NCBI GenBank assembly: GCA_963514005.1
Contig: OY740818.1
Location: 19,220,001-19,284,000, forward strand
Length of the DNA: 64,000 nucleotides
Direction: 5' to 3'
DNA from: Raja brachyura
Lineage: Eukaryota
A program made the translations under genes and the position numbers. The first letter of the stretch is position 1; each line of letters begins with the position of its first letter. Shown here in pieces: positions 1 through 12,960 of the stretch. The notes under the pieces are model-generated. The model worked only from the letters and a program-made list of their open reading frames with translations, was not told where the DNA came from and searched no databases.

Positions 1-316
1 TCATGGAGCTTCTGCACAATCTGCAGATTATCTTCAGCATCACCATGTAAAATCTGGTCATCCCCTACAATGGAAGCAGTGGCCTGCGTAGAATAATGGG
101 AGTAAACTATTAAAGAAGGTGGGCAGGAGTTACAACAAAGGTTATGGATTGGTATTGCCTAATCAATAGGATTACAGATCGCAAAATCAGTGGCACCAAC
201 CACCATATGGAGAGAACATACAGAATGTTTAGGCATAACCAAACTAGAGCCTCTTTGGAAAGTAACATAACACATGTTGTCTCTTCCGTTTAAGAAGGAA
301 CTGCAGATACCTGAAA

Positions 317-420
317 ATTGAAGGTAGACAAAAATGCTGGAGAAACTCAGCGGGCGAGGCAGCATCTATGGAGCAAAGGAAGTAGGCAACGTTTCGGGCC
401 GAAAACCCTTCTTCAGACTC
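317..420 (-). mobile_element. Short hammerhead-bearing Penelope-like non-autonomous element
   Basis: Reverse complement of the family consensus GTCTGAAGAAGGG..CCCGAAACGTTGCC...GATGCTGC...GCTGAGTTTCTCCAGCATTTTTGTCTACCTTC. Confidence 0.75.
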
Positions 421-671
421 TTTCGTACCCTTCTTCCGTCTCTTCCGTACCTGATTTGTATGTGCTGAAATTCTACACTTGTTCTCTCTCCCTTCATTTT
501 CCTGCTATATTGTTCTTAAAAGTTGTGTCAGGGCAGCATCTCAGTCCAAATTTGTTACTTGTGAAGACTGACTATCAATTTAACAAACAATTCTTATTTT
601 TATGGATTGAGAAAAACAATTGTAAAATATCTGTTTTTGAGCTGTTTTATTTTTTTCTCTTATTTTTGTAG

Positions 672-828
672 AACTGCTGCATTTACGGTTCTGGCACGAA
701 TCTGACAGAATGATAAAGACAACTGTGCACACTGACTACAGATCTGAAACTTACAACATGCTCCATTTCCATTAATGTCAAAAGGCTCCTTGCAATTCAC
801 AATGTTAAATGATGCTATAACTAGAAAG
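672..828 (+). other. Candidate non-coding 5' UTR exon of NUDT13
   Basis: Long T-rich tract ending TTTTTGTAG at 671 and donor AAG|GTATGC at 828/829; all three frames are closed. The ATG exon has its own acceptor (CTCTCCGACAG at 2232), so an upstream exon is expected. Confidence 0.3.
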
Positions 829-1267
829 GTATGCTTCCACAGCTTTCCTTAGGTACCGGTAGGAATAATTTACCACTGGAATGACGTAATTCAGCAATAC
901 TCAACAAAATGAAGCTAAATGCTGGTGTTTTTAAAATGCCTGAAATACTTGGAGCAAGTATCCAAGAAAACCTGAGTGTTTTGTTTTTAAGTGATGTGGG
1001 TGTTTAAGCAAGGTGGCAATGGGACTAGGTCAGCTGGACATCTTGAAGCATCATAATTGAGTTGAGTTCTGAAGGGCCTGTTTCTGTATAATTCGATGAC
1101 TAAGACCAGTATTTATCCTTTAAGCCAGAAGACTGTAGCCTCTTTTATTTCATTCTTCACATGTTTAAATTATGTTTTATTTTTAATTTACTGTGTATCG
1201 TGTTATTACTTGCGAGCAAGGCACCAAGGCAAATTCCTTGTGTATATATACATACTTGAATAATTTA

Positions 1268-1880
1268 TTCAAGTTCAAGTGAGTTTATTGTCATATGTTC
1301 GTGATAGGACAATGAAATTCTTGCTTTGCTTCAGCACACAGAACATAGAAGGCATTTACTACAAAACAAATCAGTGTGTCCATATACCATATATAAATAT
1401 ATACACACGGGAATAAATAAACTAACAAAGCGCAACTAACAGATAATGGGTTATTATTGATCAGAGTTTTGTCCGAGCCAGGTTTAATAGCCTGATGGCT
1501 GTGGGGAAGTAGCTATTCCTGAAACTGGTCGTTGCAGTCTTCAGGCTCCTGTACCTTCTGCCTGAAGTTTGCAGGGAGAAGAGTGTGTGGCCAGGATGGT
1601 GTGGGTCTTTGATGATACTGCCAGCCTTTTTGAGGCAGCGCCTGCGATAAATCCCCTCGATGGAAGGAAGGTCAGAGCCGATGATGGACTGGGCAGTGTT
1701 TACTACTTTTTGTAGTCTTTTCCTCTCCAGGGCGTTCAAGTTACCGAACCAAGCCACGATGCAATCGGTCAGCATGCTGTTTACTGTGCACCTGTGCACC
1801 AGTTAGAGAGAGTCCTCCTTGACAAACCGACTCTCCGTAATCTTCTCAGGAAGTAGAGGCGCTGATGTGCTTTCTTGATA
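1268..1880 (-). mobile_element. Rex1/Babar-type LINE 3' fragment
   Basis: ORF 1461-1799 (..CIVAWFGN...KRLQKVVNTAQSIIG..LPSI..IY..RC.KKA.SIIKDPHHPGH.LF..L.SGRRYRS...SYFP.AIRLLN) is the typical Rex1 ORF C-terminus; microsatellite (TTGAAC)n tail. Confidence 0.85.
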
Positions 1881-2313
1881 AATCCAGGAAATTCAATTCA
1901 ATTTAATTTGTAGGAGGTGACGAGTCAGTTATTGAACAATTTGTCCCTGACTGAAGATACTCCTACTGTTTTAGTTAGGGTATTGCAGAATTTATAACTC
2001 AGAGCTGTAAGGAGAATTGTTTTTAATTTGCACCAACATATTTTCACCAAGTGACTTCGGGGGTGGGGAAGCTTAGTGATTAATTTCATTTCTGAGGTCT
2101 TCTGAGCCAAGCCACCAAAGGCAGGTGAGATATTACCCGATTGTACCATGGCCTCTGGCTGTCTACTTTCTCTTGTTGAATGTCTACAGGGTTGGATGTA
2201 CTTGGGGTATAACTTGATTCTCTCTCCGACAGCTTACGTTACTCTTTGAGCGCCCAGAATAGATTGACTAGGTTTAGTCAAATTCTACAAGCTGAATTTG
2301 AAAATCAGAAGTG

Positions 2314-5300
2314 ATGCATTTCTTTTTGAGGAATTTCAACACACCGGCACTGCAGTTATCCTGCAGAATGGTTTCAAATTATGTCAATCGGATCCGGTAA
2401 GTTTTATGTACTAGTGCATCTATTCAGTCACATCGTGTACTAACGACTGGCCCCTTCAAGTTTGTGCCATACAAAATATGGAACATCATTCTTTGACTAA
2501 AAGTAATGTTCCATATTTTGTATAGTTCTGCATATCAAGTACATGGCAGATGCAAATTAAAATTGATAACACTAAGGTATCAAAACTGTCATTGCCAATT
2601 TCAAGTGATTTCCATTTGCCACTCAAGACAAACTTCCATTTGTGCAATGAATGTGTGGAGTTTGCATACTCTCTCTGTGACCTTGTGGGTTTCCCCAGCT
2701 GCTCTAGTTTCCTCCCACATTTCAAGGACATACCAGAAGGTCAAATGGCTACTGTAGATCAACTCTTGTGTAGCTGGGGTGTCAAAAGAATCAAAGTTGG
2801 ACATATGTGAGAGAATATGTGTATAGTTCCATGAGTCAATGTGGATCCAATGGTCCAATTGGCTTTCTCAGTTATAATGAGTAAGAATCTCCTCTTACAG
2901 TCCGGAAGTGGCAGCGCTGCCCTAGCAGCTGTGGCTCGCCTGCAGTCCGTCTGTTTTTTCTTTTTTTTTGTTGTCCTTGTCCTGTTTTAGCCAGTTAATT
3001 TGAGTTGTTAGTTTGTGTGTGGGGTGGGAGAAACTTGTTTTTAGTCCCTTCCTTCAGGGGGGATGCGACGTTTTTTGACGGCCCGACTCGGGGCTGTGGC
3101 GGGCTCCGGTGGCGGTGACGGCCTGACTCGGGACTGAGGAGGTGTCCCGGCGGCGATGGCCTGACTCGGGACTGAGGTGTCCCGGTGGTACGGCAGCCGG
3201 ACCTCGGAGGTTCGCCGTACCACCATCGGGAGCTCGCAGGTCACAGGTTGGTGACCTGTTTTTCCGGAGCTCCCACGGCAACAGGTTCGTCCGCTGGACT
3301 GGAGGGTGGCAGTTTCGGCAGCTTCAACCACCCCGGGCCGCGGAGTTTGAACCGGCCTGTTCGCGGAGCACGGTTTGAGCCGCGGGACTGACTCACTTAC
3401 CATTACTCGGTGGGGTCACAACATCGGAGGCCTGGATCGCCTCAGCGCAGAGGGAGAGCAAGGAGGAAAGACACAAAGACTTAAGACTTTTGCCTTCCTC
3501 CACAGTGAGGAGGTGCTTGGTGAACTCACTGTAGTGGATGTTAATTTGTGTTTATTGCGTTTTGTTAATTTATTAAATGTATGACTGTCAGGAACGAAAT
3601 TTCGTTCAGACCGAAAGGTCTGAATGACAATAAAGGATACTTTACTTTACTTTTTACTATTAAATAATTATTAATTGCCATACAATTTCACACAGGACAC
3701 TTAAAACCATCAGAAGGAAACACATTTAATCACGACCCTTTTGTGCATCATATCTGAGGAAGGATGTGCTGGCCCTGGAGAGGGTCCAGAGGAGGTTTAC
3801 AAGAATGATCCCAGGAATGAGTGGGTTAACTTATGATAAACGTTTGACGGCACTTGGCCTGTACTCGCTGGAGTTTAGAAGAATGACGGGGGGACCTCAT
3901 TGAAACATCCTGAATACTGAAAGGCTTGGTTGGATCGAGTGGATGTGGAGAGGATGTTTCCACTACTGTGGGATTTTAGGATTAGATGTCATAGCCTCAG
4001 AATTAAAGGACGTTCCTTTAGGAAAGGGGTGAGAAAGAATTTATTTAGTCATTGTGGTGAATCTATGGAATTCCTTGCCGCAGAAGGCTGTGGAGGCTAT
4101 GTCAATGGATATTTTTAATGCAGAGATAGGTAGATTCTTGATTAGTACGGGTGTCGGGGTTATGGGGAGAAGGCAGGAGAAGGGGGTTAGGCGGGAAAGA
4201 TAGATCAGCCATGATTGAATGGTGTAGTAGACATGATGTGCCAAATGGCCTAATTCTACTCCTATCACTTGTGACCTGAGATTTTGACACTCGTTGCTAT
4301 GTGAAGCATAATTGGGCTAATTTGTTGCTCCGCTGTGACTTGGTTACATTGAAGAAACACTCTAGTTCTCCTCAATATCTTGAAAACTTCTATCAAGTCA
4401 TCCCTTGACTTGACCACGGAGAGACTAGTGACTGCAGACACTGGAATCTGGAGCAACAATCAATCTGCTGAAGGAACTCAGCAAGTTGAGTAGCATCTGT
4501 GGGTGGGAGAAAATGGCTATCATTTTGGGTCAAACTTCTGCATCATGATTTGAGTCTTGATGCGGGGTTTTGTCCTGAAACGCCAAACATTTATTTCCAA
4601 TCACAGATACTGCTTGACTCACTGAGTTCTTCCAGCACATTGTTGCTTTTTAAGCTTACAAACCTTCAAATAATGGTTAATTGTGCAGTATATCAGAGAG
4701 CAGTGGGAAATGTTATCATCTGATAGTCTGCATGTTTACTATTTCACATCAGTAAATGATGTAGATCACGTTTACATGAAATATCTGTCATTTTTCACTG
4801 TATTGCAGCCACCTCTCTGAGCTGAAAGAGGACGATGAAGCCTGCCATAAAGCTCTCAGCTCCGGAACCTTCCTGCTCTTTCATGATCTCTTGCCACTTG
4901 TGCAGAAGATTGAGAACAAGTACACAACACCATTCGTGACAGCAGCAGGTATAAATGCTGGAGAAACTCCTAGCAGTCACCTAGGAGCTGCAGAAGCTGA
5001 AAATAGATGTCCCAGGGTCACCAACAGATTGAATATCTCAACTTAAGCATGAGCCACATCTACTTAGGTTGAAACTTTTCAACAAGTTGTTATTTATCTT
5101 GTTCTGAAGAAGAGAGCATTCCTTCTGATTTCTTCATGTTCTCCACATAGGTTATTCCCCTCCAACAATAATGTGTTTTTGGATACCAATTTGCAAATTG
5201 ATTATAATTACTTGAAAAATATACTTCCAAACAGCTCTGTTGTCTATTTAGTAATGTTGATTATGATAAGAGGAGTCTAGCGGCCATACACAAATACATT

Positions 5301-8300
5301 AACTCTCAAATGCATCATAAACAAAATTTATTTCTCTGCTGGATCGACCATATTGATCTGTTAGTCATTGACAAAATCTTGCACTTTACAATGCAAGAAT
5401 GAAGCAGGAAAAAGCTTGATCCTCTTTTCAATGACAATGTGACTGTCCCATGATTTATCTGCACTCCGGGTTGAGCACCCTGAAAGCTAGTCTCCTTCAG
5501 TGTAGCTAACAAACTGATGTGTGTCTGAAGAAGGGTCTCGACCCGAAAGGTCACCCATTCCTTCTCTCCAGAGATGCTGTCACACCAGCTTTTTGTGTCT
5601 ATCTTTAGTTTAAACCAGCATCTGCAGTTCCTTCCTACACCAACTGATGTGTTAAAGCAGATTACCTTCTGTTCCAGAGCTTAAGAAGCTGGACCTGGCA
5701 GAAAAGTGGATTGAGGGATCAGTGCTAATTGACTGCACAGAGAGTCTTGTGCCACAGTTTGCACTTGATATAGGTAAGATTATTATCAAAGATCTGCACA
5801 CAACTTGATGCAACTATCTTATAAAATATTATAATGTACGTCTTTGTTGGACTATCATGCACACATGTATATAGTTTAATGCATATAAAGATTTACACTG
5901 AGAAACATATTTTATGAACTCCCTCATACATATTGTGATAATGCATGCAATGTGTATTGCCTGAGATAGGATAAACCACTTTGTTTATTTAAAATTAAGC
6001 AAGACTTGTTTTTTTCATTTACATTCGTGCATAGCCTTAGGACACAGCAAAGCATTTTAGCACCACTGAAATATTTTAAGCTTGTTAAAAAGAGGCTTTG
6101 GGTATATTGATGAATTAAGTGAGTGGTGAGGACATAGCTGATGTATTGTAAGGTAGAAAAATGTGGTAATCTACTTTGGTTTAAACAAAAAGAAAAGCAG
6201 ATTATTTTAAAAAGACGAGGAAGTGATAGGTGTTCATGATCGCTGAGACAGAGTCTCTGTATACAAATCACTATAAGTTAACACGCAGGCACAGGTAGCG
6301 AGAAGAAAGGCTAATGGTAGGCTGCCATTTATTGAATAAGGATTTGAGTACAAGGGTAGCTTATACTCAATAGAGAGCTAATTGCAAATTATATAGAACT
6401 GTAGTGAGAGCCTGCACCTGGAATGTTGTGTACTGGTTTGGTTTTCCCACCCAAAGAAGTGTATACTTGCCATAGAGGAAGTGCAACAAAAGTTCACCAT
6501 ATTAATTTTATTACCACAGTGAGGCCACATGCAAACTGGAGGAGCAACACTCCAATTCCGCTTTGGTAGCTTACAACCCAATGGCATGTTCATTGAATTC
6601 TCCAGTTTTAGGTAACTACATAACCCTCCCCCTCTCCTGTTTTCCCCCATATACCTTCACTTGTCTGGAGTGTCTAAAATCAGGGGTCACAGTGTCATGG
6701 TGAGAGCAGTCACTCAGGATTGAGAGAGGATGACATTTCCTCACTGTGGGGTGGGGGTGGGGTAAATTTTGTAATTTCCCCATTGACGAGGTCTGTGGAA
6801 GTTCAGTCACCTGGTATATTCAAGGAAGAGATTGACAGATTTCGGGATGTTATGGGAACCCAGTGATATGGGCTCAGTGCTGGAAAGTTGCTTCGAGCAG
6901 TGATGGATGGGGTGGTGGACGGGCCAAATGATTTTCTCCTGCTCCCGCTTCTTGTGCTCTGACAATGTTCTAACCTGTCTGTTCTACAAGGAAAATCTGA
7001 AAAGGCCCAGGCAGAATTGCTTCTGAAGGGAAAGTTTCTTGCTTTTCAGAAAGCTTGTACCATCATAGACAGAAATGATATATCCCTTATATCTCAGGTA
7101 AGAGCAAAGCCTCAACAAATATTAAACATTTAGCAACATTTCTCTCTTATTGTTTCCAAGCCAATGTCAGATTTAGTTAGTTTTGATGTCTAGCTGAAAC
7201 AGGAAGGCATGGTGGAGGAGAGGAGGTGGATGCGCTTCCTCACGGTGTGTATTAACGCAGGACTGTTATGTGTGTTGTATATTTTTAGGTACAATATTAT
7301 TATACTTATATGGGAGTTAGGTTGCTTTCAGAACTTTATTAAAAACTGAAATGGCAGAATCATTACAGTTTTAATTTAATTCTGCCATTTCAGTTTTTAA
7401 TTCTGCTCTGAGAATCTGAGGTGTCGTATCTGAAAAGTTCTGATTCAGAGGCAAGACTTCATTTATTGAGCCGAGAGTTTACTTCATTCCATAACACCAT
7501 GGCTGAACAGCCAGTTTACTTATTCAATAGGATTTGTTTTTTTTCGTATTGCTGCGGATTGCATTTAGCACCAAATTGGAAATGTATAAATGAATGCAAG
7601 TTCAATCGAATCAAATACTAGAGGGTGTAGCTTTAAGGTGAGAGGGGCAAAGTTTAATGGAGATGTGCGGGGCAGGTTTTCTACAGTGTGGTAAATACCT
7701 GAAATGCACTGGTTGAAACAAATACATTAGTGCCAGTTAAAAGGCTTTTGAAAAGGCGTTTGGTCAGGCAGGGAATGGAGGGATATGGCTTATGTGCAAG
7801 TGGGTAAGTGATGGCTTTGGTATCAGTTATGGCACACGCATTGTGGACCGAGGGCCTGTTCATGTGCTGTACTGTGTTCCAATGGCTGCATCCACACCCT
7901 ATCTCTAAACTAATGACTTTGAACATAACTATGAATTGAGAGTGGCATTTAAAAAAAATTCTGGTAAATCCTTATGCTGGCCTCTGCAGTTGAATGGTGA
8001 AAAAGGATTGCAAAGGTACAAAGGATTTTAACAATTTAAATTTAAGATCGATATTCTCGAGTTTGTATTTTGTCTTCTGAGCTTTATATTGTGGATCAGA
8101 CCACTTGTGGATAATACATGACACAATCATGTGATGTATTTAGGCACAGGCCCTTCTCCGCTGGCACAGCACACACCTCTACTGCAGCAGAACTGGAAAA
8201 CCGACACAGAAAAATGTATCCGGCAGCAAACGAGTCTGTGGCAATGCTGAAATAACCTATTACCCACAGGTAATCATTGTGACATACACAAATTGCTAGT

Positions 8301-11300
8301 GTAACTCAGCAGGACAAGCAGCATCTTTGGACAGAAGGAATGGGTGACGTTTTGGGTCAAGACCCTACTTCAGACAAGTCTCAGCCCGAAACGTCACCAT
8401 CCTTCTCTCCAAATATGCTGCCTGTCCCGCTAACTTACTCCAGCATTTTGTGTCTATCTTCAGTGTAAACCAGCATCTGCAGTTCCTTCCTACACACGGT
8501 AATCATTGTGGATGGCTCTGATTAGCTCACAGCTAACTTTATATTTCATAGTTTATTTATTGATTTGAATGGTCCCCCTACCTAAGGTGAGATATTCTTC
8601 CGATTGAGGTTCACCAGATTGATTCCAGCTACAATATGTTTGTCACCTGAGGATAGGTTGAGCAGACTTGACCCATACCCTCTTGAATTTGTGGTCTCAT
8701 TGAAATATACAAGATTGTCAGATAGAATAATGCCGTCCTGATGTTTCACTTGGCTGGAGTATGTAGGACCAGGGTTTACTGTCTCAAAATAAGGAGCCAA
8801 CCATTCATGGCAGAGATGAGAAGACATTTTGTGGATGATGATTTTTTAAAATTTCTCATCCAAAAGCATTGAGAAGGCTCAGATAAGAGATAGATATACT
8901 TAAATATCAAGGAATACTGAGTTAGTGTAGGAAAGTAGTGCTGAGAAGATTACAAATTATCCTATTTAATGGTGTACCAGACATGAGGTGCCAAATGGCC
9001 TGTTCCTAATTCCATGTGTCCCTGTTTTATACAATATACCTCCAGTCGGCTTTTGATTAACCAATGCCTGATTTATTAGTAAGTGGTTAGCCATGTGAGC
9101 TCACCTGCTGTTCTAAATATTCATTGCAACCATTTGTAACGATATTTAAATGCTAAGTTCTTCCTCCGATTCATTATCAACAGATGTCTCCTGTGGTTAT
9201 CATGTTGGTATCTGATGGAGCACGTTGCCTGCTGGCACGTCAGAAACAATTTCCGCCCGGAATGTACAGTGCACTGGCTGGATTCTGCAACATTGGTAAT
9301 CAGCTCCTTACTGATTATATGGAGTGCAAGATTACAGACAGAACTCAGCATTTGCAGTGTAATGTGCCTGTAAGAATAATTACTACCTCAGCAGTTGGCA
9401 ATATATGATGCTTCATGCTTGTTTGCCAATGTTTTGCCTGTGTTTGCTTCACTGATTGACAGCTTGTTTGAAATTGTGGCACAGAATTGTATCCTGTATA
9501 GATTATTACATATTCCTCGCATGTACAGCCTTTTGTCCTAAATGGTCTGCATCAATAATGGGAGCCTCATCCCATCCATTCCAATAAGGCACAAAATGCT
9601 GGAGTAACTCAGCCAGCCAGGCAGCATTTCTGGAGAACATGGACAGGTGATGTTTCAGGTCAGGACCCTTCTTCAGACCTGCCAACATTTTTCAATGAGA
9701 AGCTAGCCTGTTTAATTTATCCTGATACGTACATTTTTCTATTTCTGGCAATATCTCTCTGTTTTAGTATATTTTTCAATGTTTCTCCATCATATTTGTG
9801 CATTGTTCTAAATGCAATCCAATATTAATTGAAATTTAAAATTTCCCAATGCTTAGTTTGGCATTATTTGTGAGATTATTGATTAATGTTTAATTTGTAC
9901 ATTTTGCCCCTACATCCCTCAACAGCAAATTTTAACTGGTCCCTTCTAAGCAGTATATTCATGCAACCAAATAACAACTTAACTCATTTACCCGTTGTGA
10001 GATTACCTGCCCTGCAAGTTTATTAATGCCATCTAGTTTATTACAACATTTAGTATACCCCCCTCCCCCCCCCCGAAGATAAAAAGTGTTTATCTTCAAA
10101 TTGTGAAACAAGTTTTGATTTACATATCCAAATTAAGTCGTCAGGAAAGAAAAATAAATCCAGATAGGAGGAAAAATGAGAAGCGTGAAAGACTGGCTAC
10201 GTCCATTTTGCACACCTCCGATATCCTAGTAGTTCTGTAAGCAGAGTGTAGCTGACAGCTGTCGAAGTCCATTTTCATGCAGTGCAGAAATAATTCATTC
10301 AACTAATAGGCAACTTCATACTCATCAGTAAGCATTGATTGGTTATTCACTCTTCCAGACTAACTTGCAACACGCTCTTTTCTCCAGCATTAAATGTGGA
10401 GGCATGGAGAGGGTGCAGAGGTTTACCAAAATCCTGCCTGGATTAGGGGTATTAGCTATGAAGAGAGGTTGGATAAACTTAGGCTGTTTTCTCTAGCACT
10501 TCGGAGGCTGAAGGGAAACTTGATAGAAGTATATAAAATTATTAGCAGAATAGATACGGTAGACGTTCACAACTTTTTTCCACGGGTAGAAATGTCGATT
10601 AGAAGGCATAGCTTTAAGTGAGGTGCAACATTTATAGAGGTAAGATTTTTTTGCACAGGATTGGTGGGGCCTGGATCGCACTGCCAAGGGTGGTGGTGGA
10701 ATCAGATACAATATTGTTTTTGTTTAGTTTAGAGATTCAGCGCGGAAACAGGCTATTGAGCCCACCGAGTCTGCGCTGACCAGCACATTAACACTATCCT
10801 ACACATACTAGGGACAATTTACACTTATACCAAGCCAATTTACCTACATACCCGTACGTCATTGGAGGAAACTGAAGACCACGTGGTCATGGGGAGAACG
10901 TGCAAACTCCGTACAAACAGCACCCGTAGTCGGGATCAAACCCGGGTCTCCAGTGCTGCAAGCACTGCAAGGCAGCAACTCGACCACAGCACCATGGATA
11001 TTGGTATTTAAGAGGCTTTTGGATAGGCGCACAGATATATGGGAAATGGATCACTTGCAGGCAGAGATTAGTTTAACGGCATCGAGTTCAGCACGGACAT
11101 TGTGGGCCAAGGGGTATGTTCCTGTGCTGTACTGTTCCATGTCCTAATCCTATTTCTTGTTTTCTGTTTGCCTCTCCCAGGAGAGTCTGTGGAAGACTCC
11201 GTGCGGAGGGAGGTTGCGGAGGAGGTTGGTTTGCAGGTGACCTCGCTGGTCTATTCAGCATCTCAACACTGGCCCTTTCCCAGCAGCTCACTAATGATTG

Positions 11301-12728
11301 GATACCATGCAATGGTGCAGCCAAAGCAGAACAAGGTAAATGTTTGGCAAAAAATGAGTCCTGGAGAGCAGAAGGATAAGGAGCATGCTTATGAAAATCA
11401 GCACTCTGACCACACCAGAAACATGGAAATGTTGTGTGTGAAGGTTTATTAAGTTTGACTGTTAGTTTGAGTCATTTCAACTTGCCCTGTCTGTGGTTCA
11501 GAATAAAATAATAGACAACCTCTATGGTGTCATTGCCTGTGGTACTCTGTAAGCAGCCACTAGTAGATAACAAGAATAGTCCAGTCAAAGCTGTTTTGTG
11601 TTCTGTTTGTGAAAAGAATTTGGCCCCATTTAGTGCCAATCCATAGAGGCCCAGCTGAGAAGAAGAATTTCAGGATAAAACATCAGGGCGTTTTAGAAGG
11701 ATACAGCCAATCCATAGCATATTAGAATGAGACTCTGATCCATAATGCGATGTGATGTGAAAGCATAACCTTCTGACTCGGGGGGGGGGGGGGGGGGGGG
11801 GGGGGGAGTTTTGTCTATCAATCTGTAATGAATATTAGCAAGAGGATGAACTATTTTGCACTTTTGGCCTGCATTATGTATATGTTATGCAAATAGGACA
11901 TTTCCTTGCTGCAAAGTTTGTCGATGCTAAATTTTAAAGATAAGACAAGAGGGATATATTTAAACCAGTTCCAATTAGTTGTAGAATTTATGTTGAAAAG
12001 TTGCTTTTTGCTTAAAATGTGCTCAACGTTTGGAATTGACAGGAAAGTCACAAGATAGGGAAATTGTGAATCAAATCTCTTTTATCTCTTTTGTTCTTTC
12101 CACATTTACATTTTTGGCTAAACCAAAATTCTGTTTCCAGCTGCGATTCCAGCTGCGATATTTTGGGAATGCTGTAATAGAATTGACAAACTTTTCCCAA
12201 AGTGAACGTTTTGGGTTAAAGCATAGTCAGAGAGAAAGGCTTACATAGCAAAATGGAAGTTTGTTCATCAATGACAGGATAAATATGGGGTAATTAATCT
12301 TTGAACAAAAGGTTTTTTTTCCTTCCTTAGGCGGTGGTAACCACCTCTTGTAACTCAGCCAGATTAAGACAGCTGACTAGCTCACTCGAATACATGCAAC
12401 ATCTTCTACTTTTAAATCTGTTACATGCTATGAATTCCTATGTCCAGTATTTTAGTAGCTTAAGTAAAGTTGCAGAACAACAGATAGCAAAAAGATATTT
12501 GTTGCTCCCACCACTGCATTTTCCATATCATTGACAAGCATTTTGTTATGGCTTCAGATTCAGCTCAACCACTCTGAGCTTCAGGATGCCCGCTGGTTTG
12601 ATGCTACCGAGGTGGCAGAAGCTTTGAAGCGCAAGATGCCTCGCAAAGAAGAAATGGTTTCTTTCTGGATCCCACCGCCCTGGGCTCTAGCACATCATCT
12701 AATCAAAGAATGGACCCAAAAGCAATAG
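2314..12728 (+). CDS. NUDT13: Nudix hydrolase 13 (NAD(P)H pyrophosphatase, NudC family), 8 coding exons: 2314-2396, 4809-4948, 5678-5773, 6991-7097, 8144-8269, 9184-9295, 11181-11335, 12558-12728 (990 nt, 329 aa)
   Basis: All introns are GT-AG and phases join into one ORF: MHFFLRNF...[20 protein letters not shown].../[32 protein letters not shown]...[24 protein letters not shown]...[30 protein letters not shown] (Nudix box)...[14 protein letters not shown] (NudC SQPWPFP-type motif).../AHHLIKEW. It matches recalled vertebrate NUDT13 and lies next to ECD, as in human. Confidence 0.96.
2904..3655 (+). mobile_element. GC-rich non-autonomous retroelement with Rex-type 3' tail
   Basis: GC-rich head, T-run, G-run, CpG-rich body with an internal GCCTGACTCGGGACTGAG-like repeat, tail GAATGACAATAAAGG(ATACTTT)(ACTTT)n; related copy at 61660-62472. 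Confidence 0.65.
3751..4277 (+). mobile_element. CR1/HER1-type LINE 3' fragment
   Basis: [14 protein letters not shown]...[16 protein letters not shown]...VNLWN coding remnant and 3' UTR GATCAGCCATGATTGAATGG. Confidence 0.85.
5523..5641 (+). mobile_element. Hammerhead-bearing Penelope-like short element with 11-bp TSD
   Basis: TSD AACTGATGTGT at 5512-5522 and 5642-5652; the element starts GTCTGAAGAAGGGTCTCGACCCG. Confidence 0.8.
6515..6650 (+). mobile_element. Penelope-like element fossil: C-terminus of GIY-YIG endonuclease ORF
   Basis: Translates, with one frameshift, to [31 protein letters not shown], matching the recalled PLE C-terminal pattern LEEQHLIFRLG.LQP.G.N; a pyrimidine-rich 3' region follows. 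Confidence 0.65.
7338..7401. repeat. Perfect 23-bp inverted repeat with 18-nt spacer
   Basis: ATTAAAAACTGAAATGGCAGAAT (7338-7360) and its exact reverse complement (7379-7401). Confidence 0.9.
8282..8497. mobile_element. Fold-back (inverted) hammerhead-bearing Penelope-like element with 13-bp TSD
   Basis: Two inverted arms pivot near 8375; TSD GGTAATCATTGTG at 8269-8281 and 8498-8510. Confidence 0.8.
10405..11140 (+). mobile_element. CR1-type LINE 3' fragment with a nested minus-strand tRNA-derived SINE (about 10718-10995)
   Basis: [27 protein letters not shown] remnant; the insert has a B-box-like GGTTTGATCCC and a V-SINE-like core on the minus strand. Confidence 0.8.
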
Positions 12729-12954
12729 CTGTCTTGAAATCCTGCAGTGACTCATTTGGTGGGATTGGACAGTGGGTGGATGTTATTTCTTTGCATCACT
12801 TTGGTATTTTATGTGGGCCAGCCACAAAGAAAAAATGGAATGCGTCAAGATATTTTCCACATGGAAAACCTTTATAATGGTAGATATAATTTTTTGTGTG
12901 TCTCCTTAATAGCACTGGAGAAGGGAAGAATACAAGTGATTGTGTATTTCTAAT

Positions 12955-12960
12955 AATAAA
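12955..12960 (+). terminator. Candidate polyadenylation signal of NUDT13
   Basis: AATAAA about 230 nt after the stop codon, followed by GT/T-rich sequence. Confidence 0.45.

Noticed and set aside
3041-3584. Overlapping GC-rich ORFs as a protein-coding gene or true promoter island
   Set aside because: They lie in a dispersed repeat with a related copy at 61660-62472; ORF length reflects GC content.
11780-11806. Long poly-G run (also near 20257, 26075 and poly-C near 10058)
   Set aside because: Simple homopolymers with no associated structure; lengths may be sequencing-dependent.
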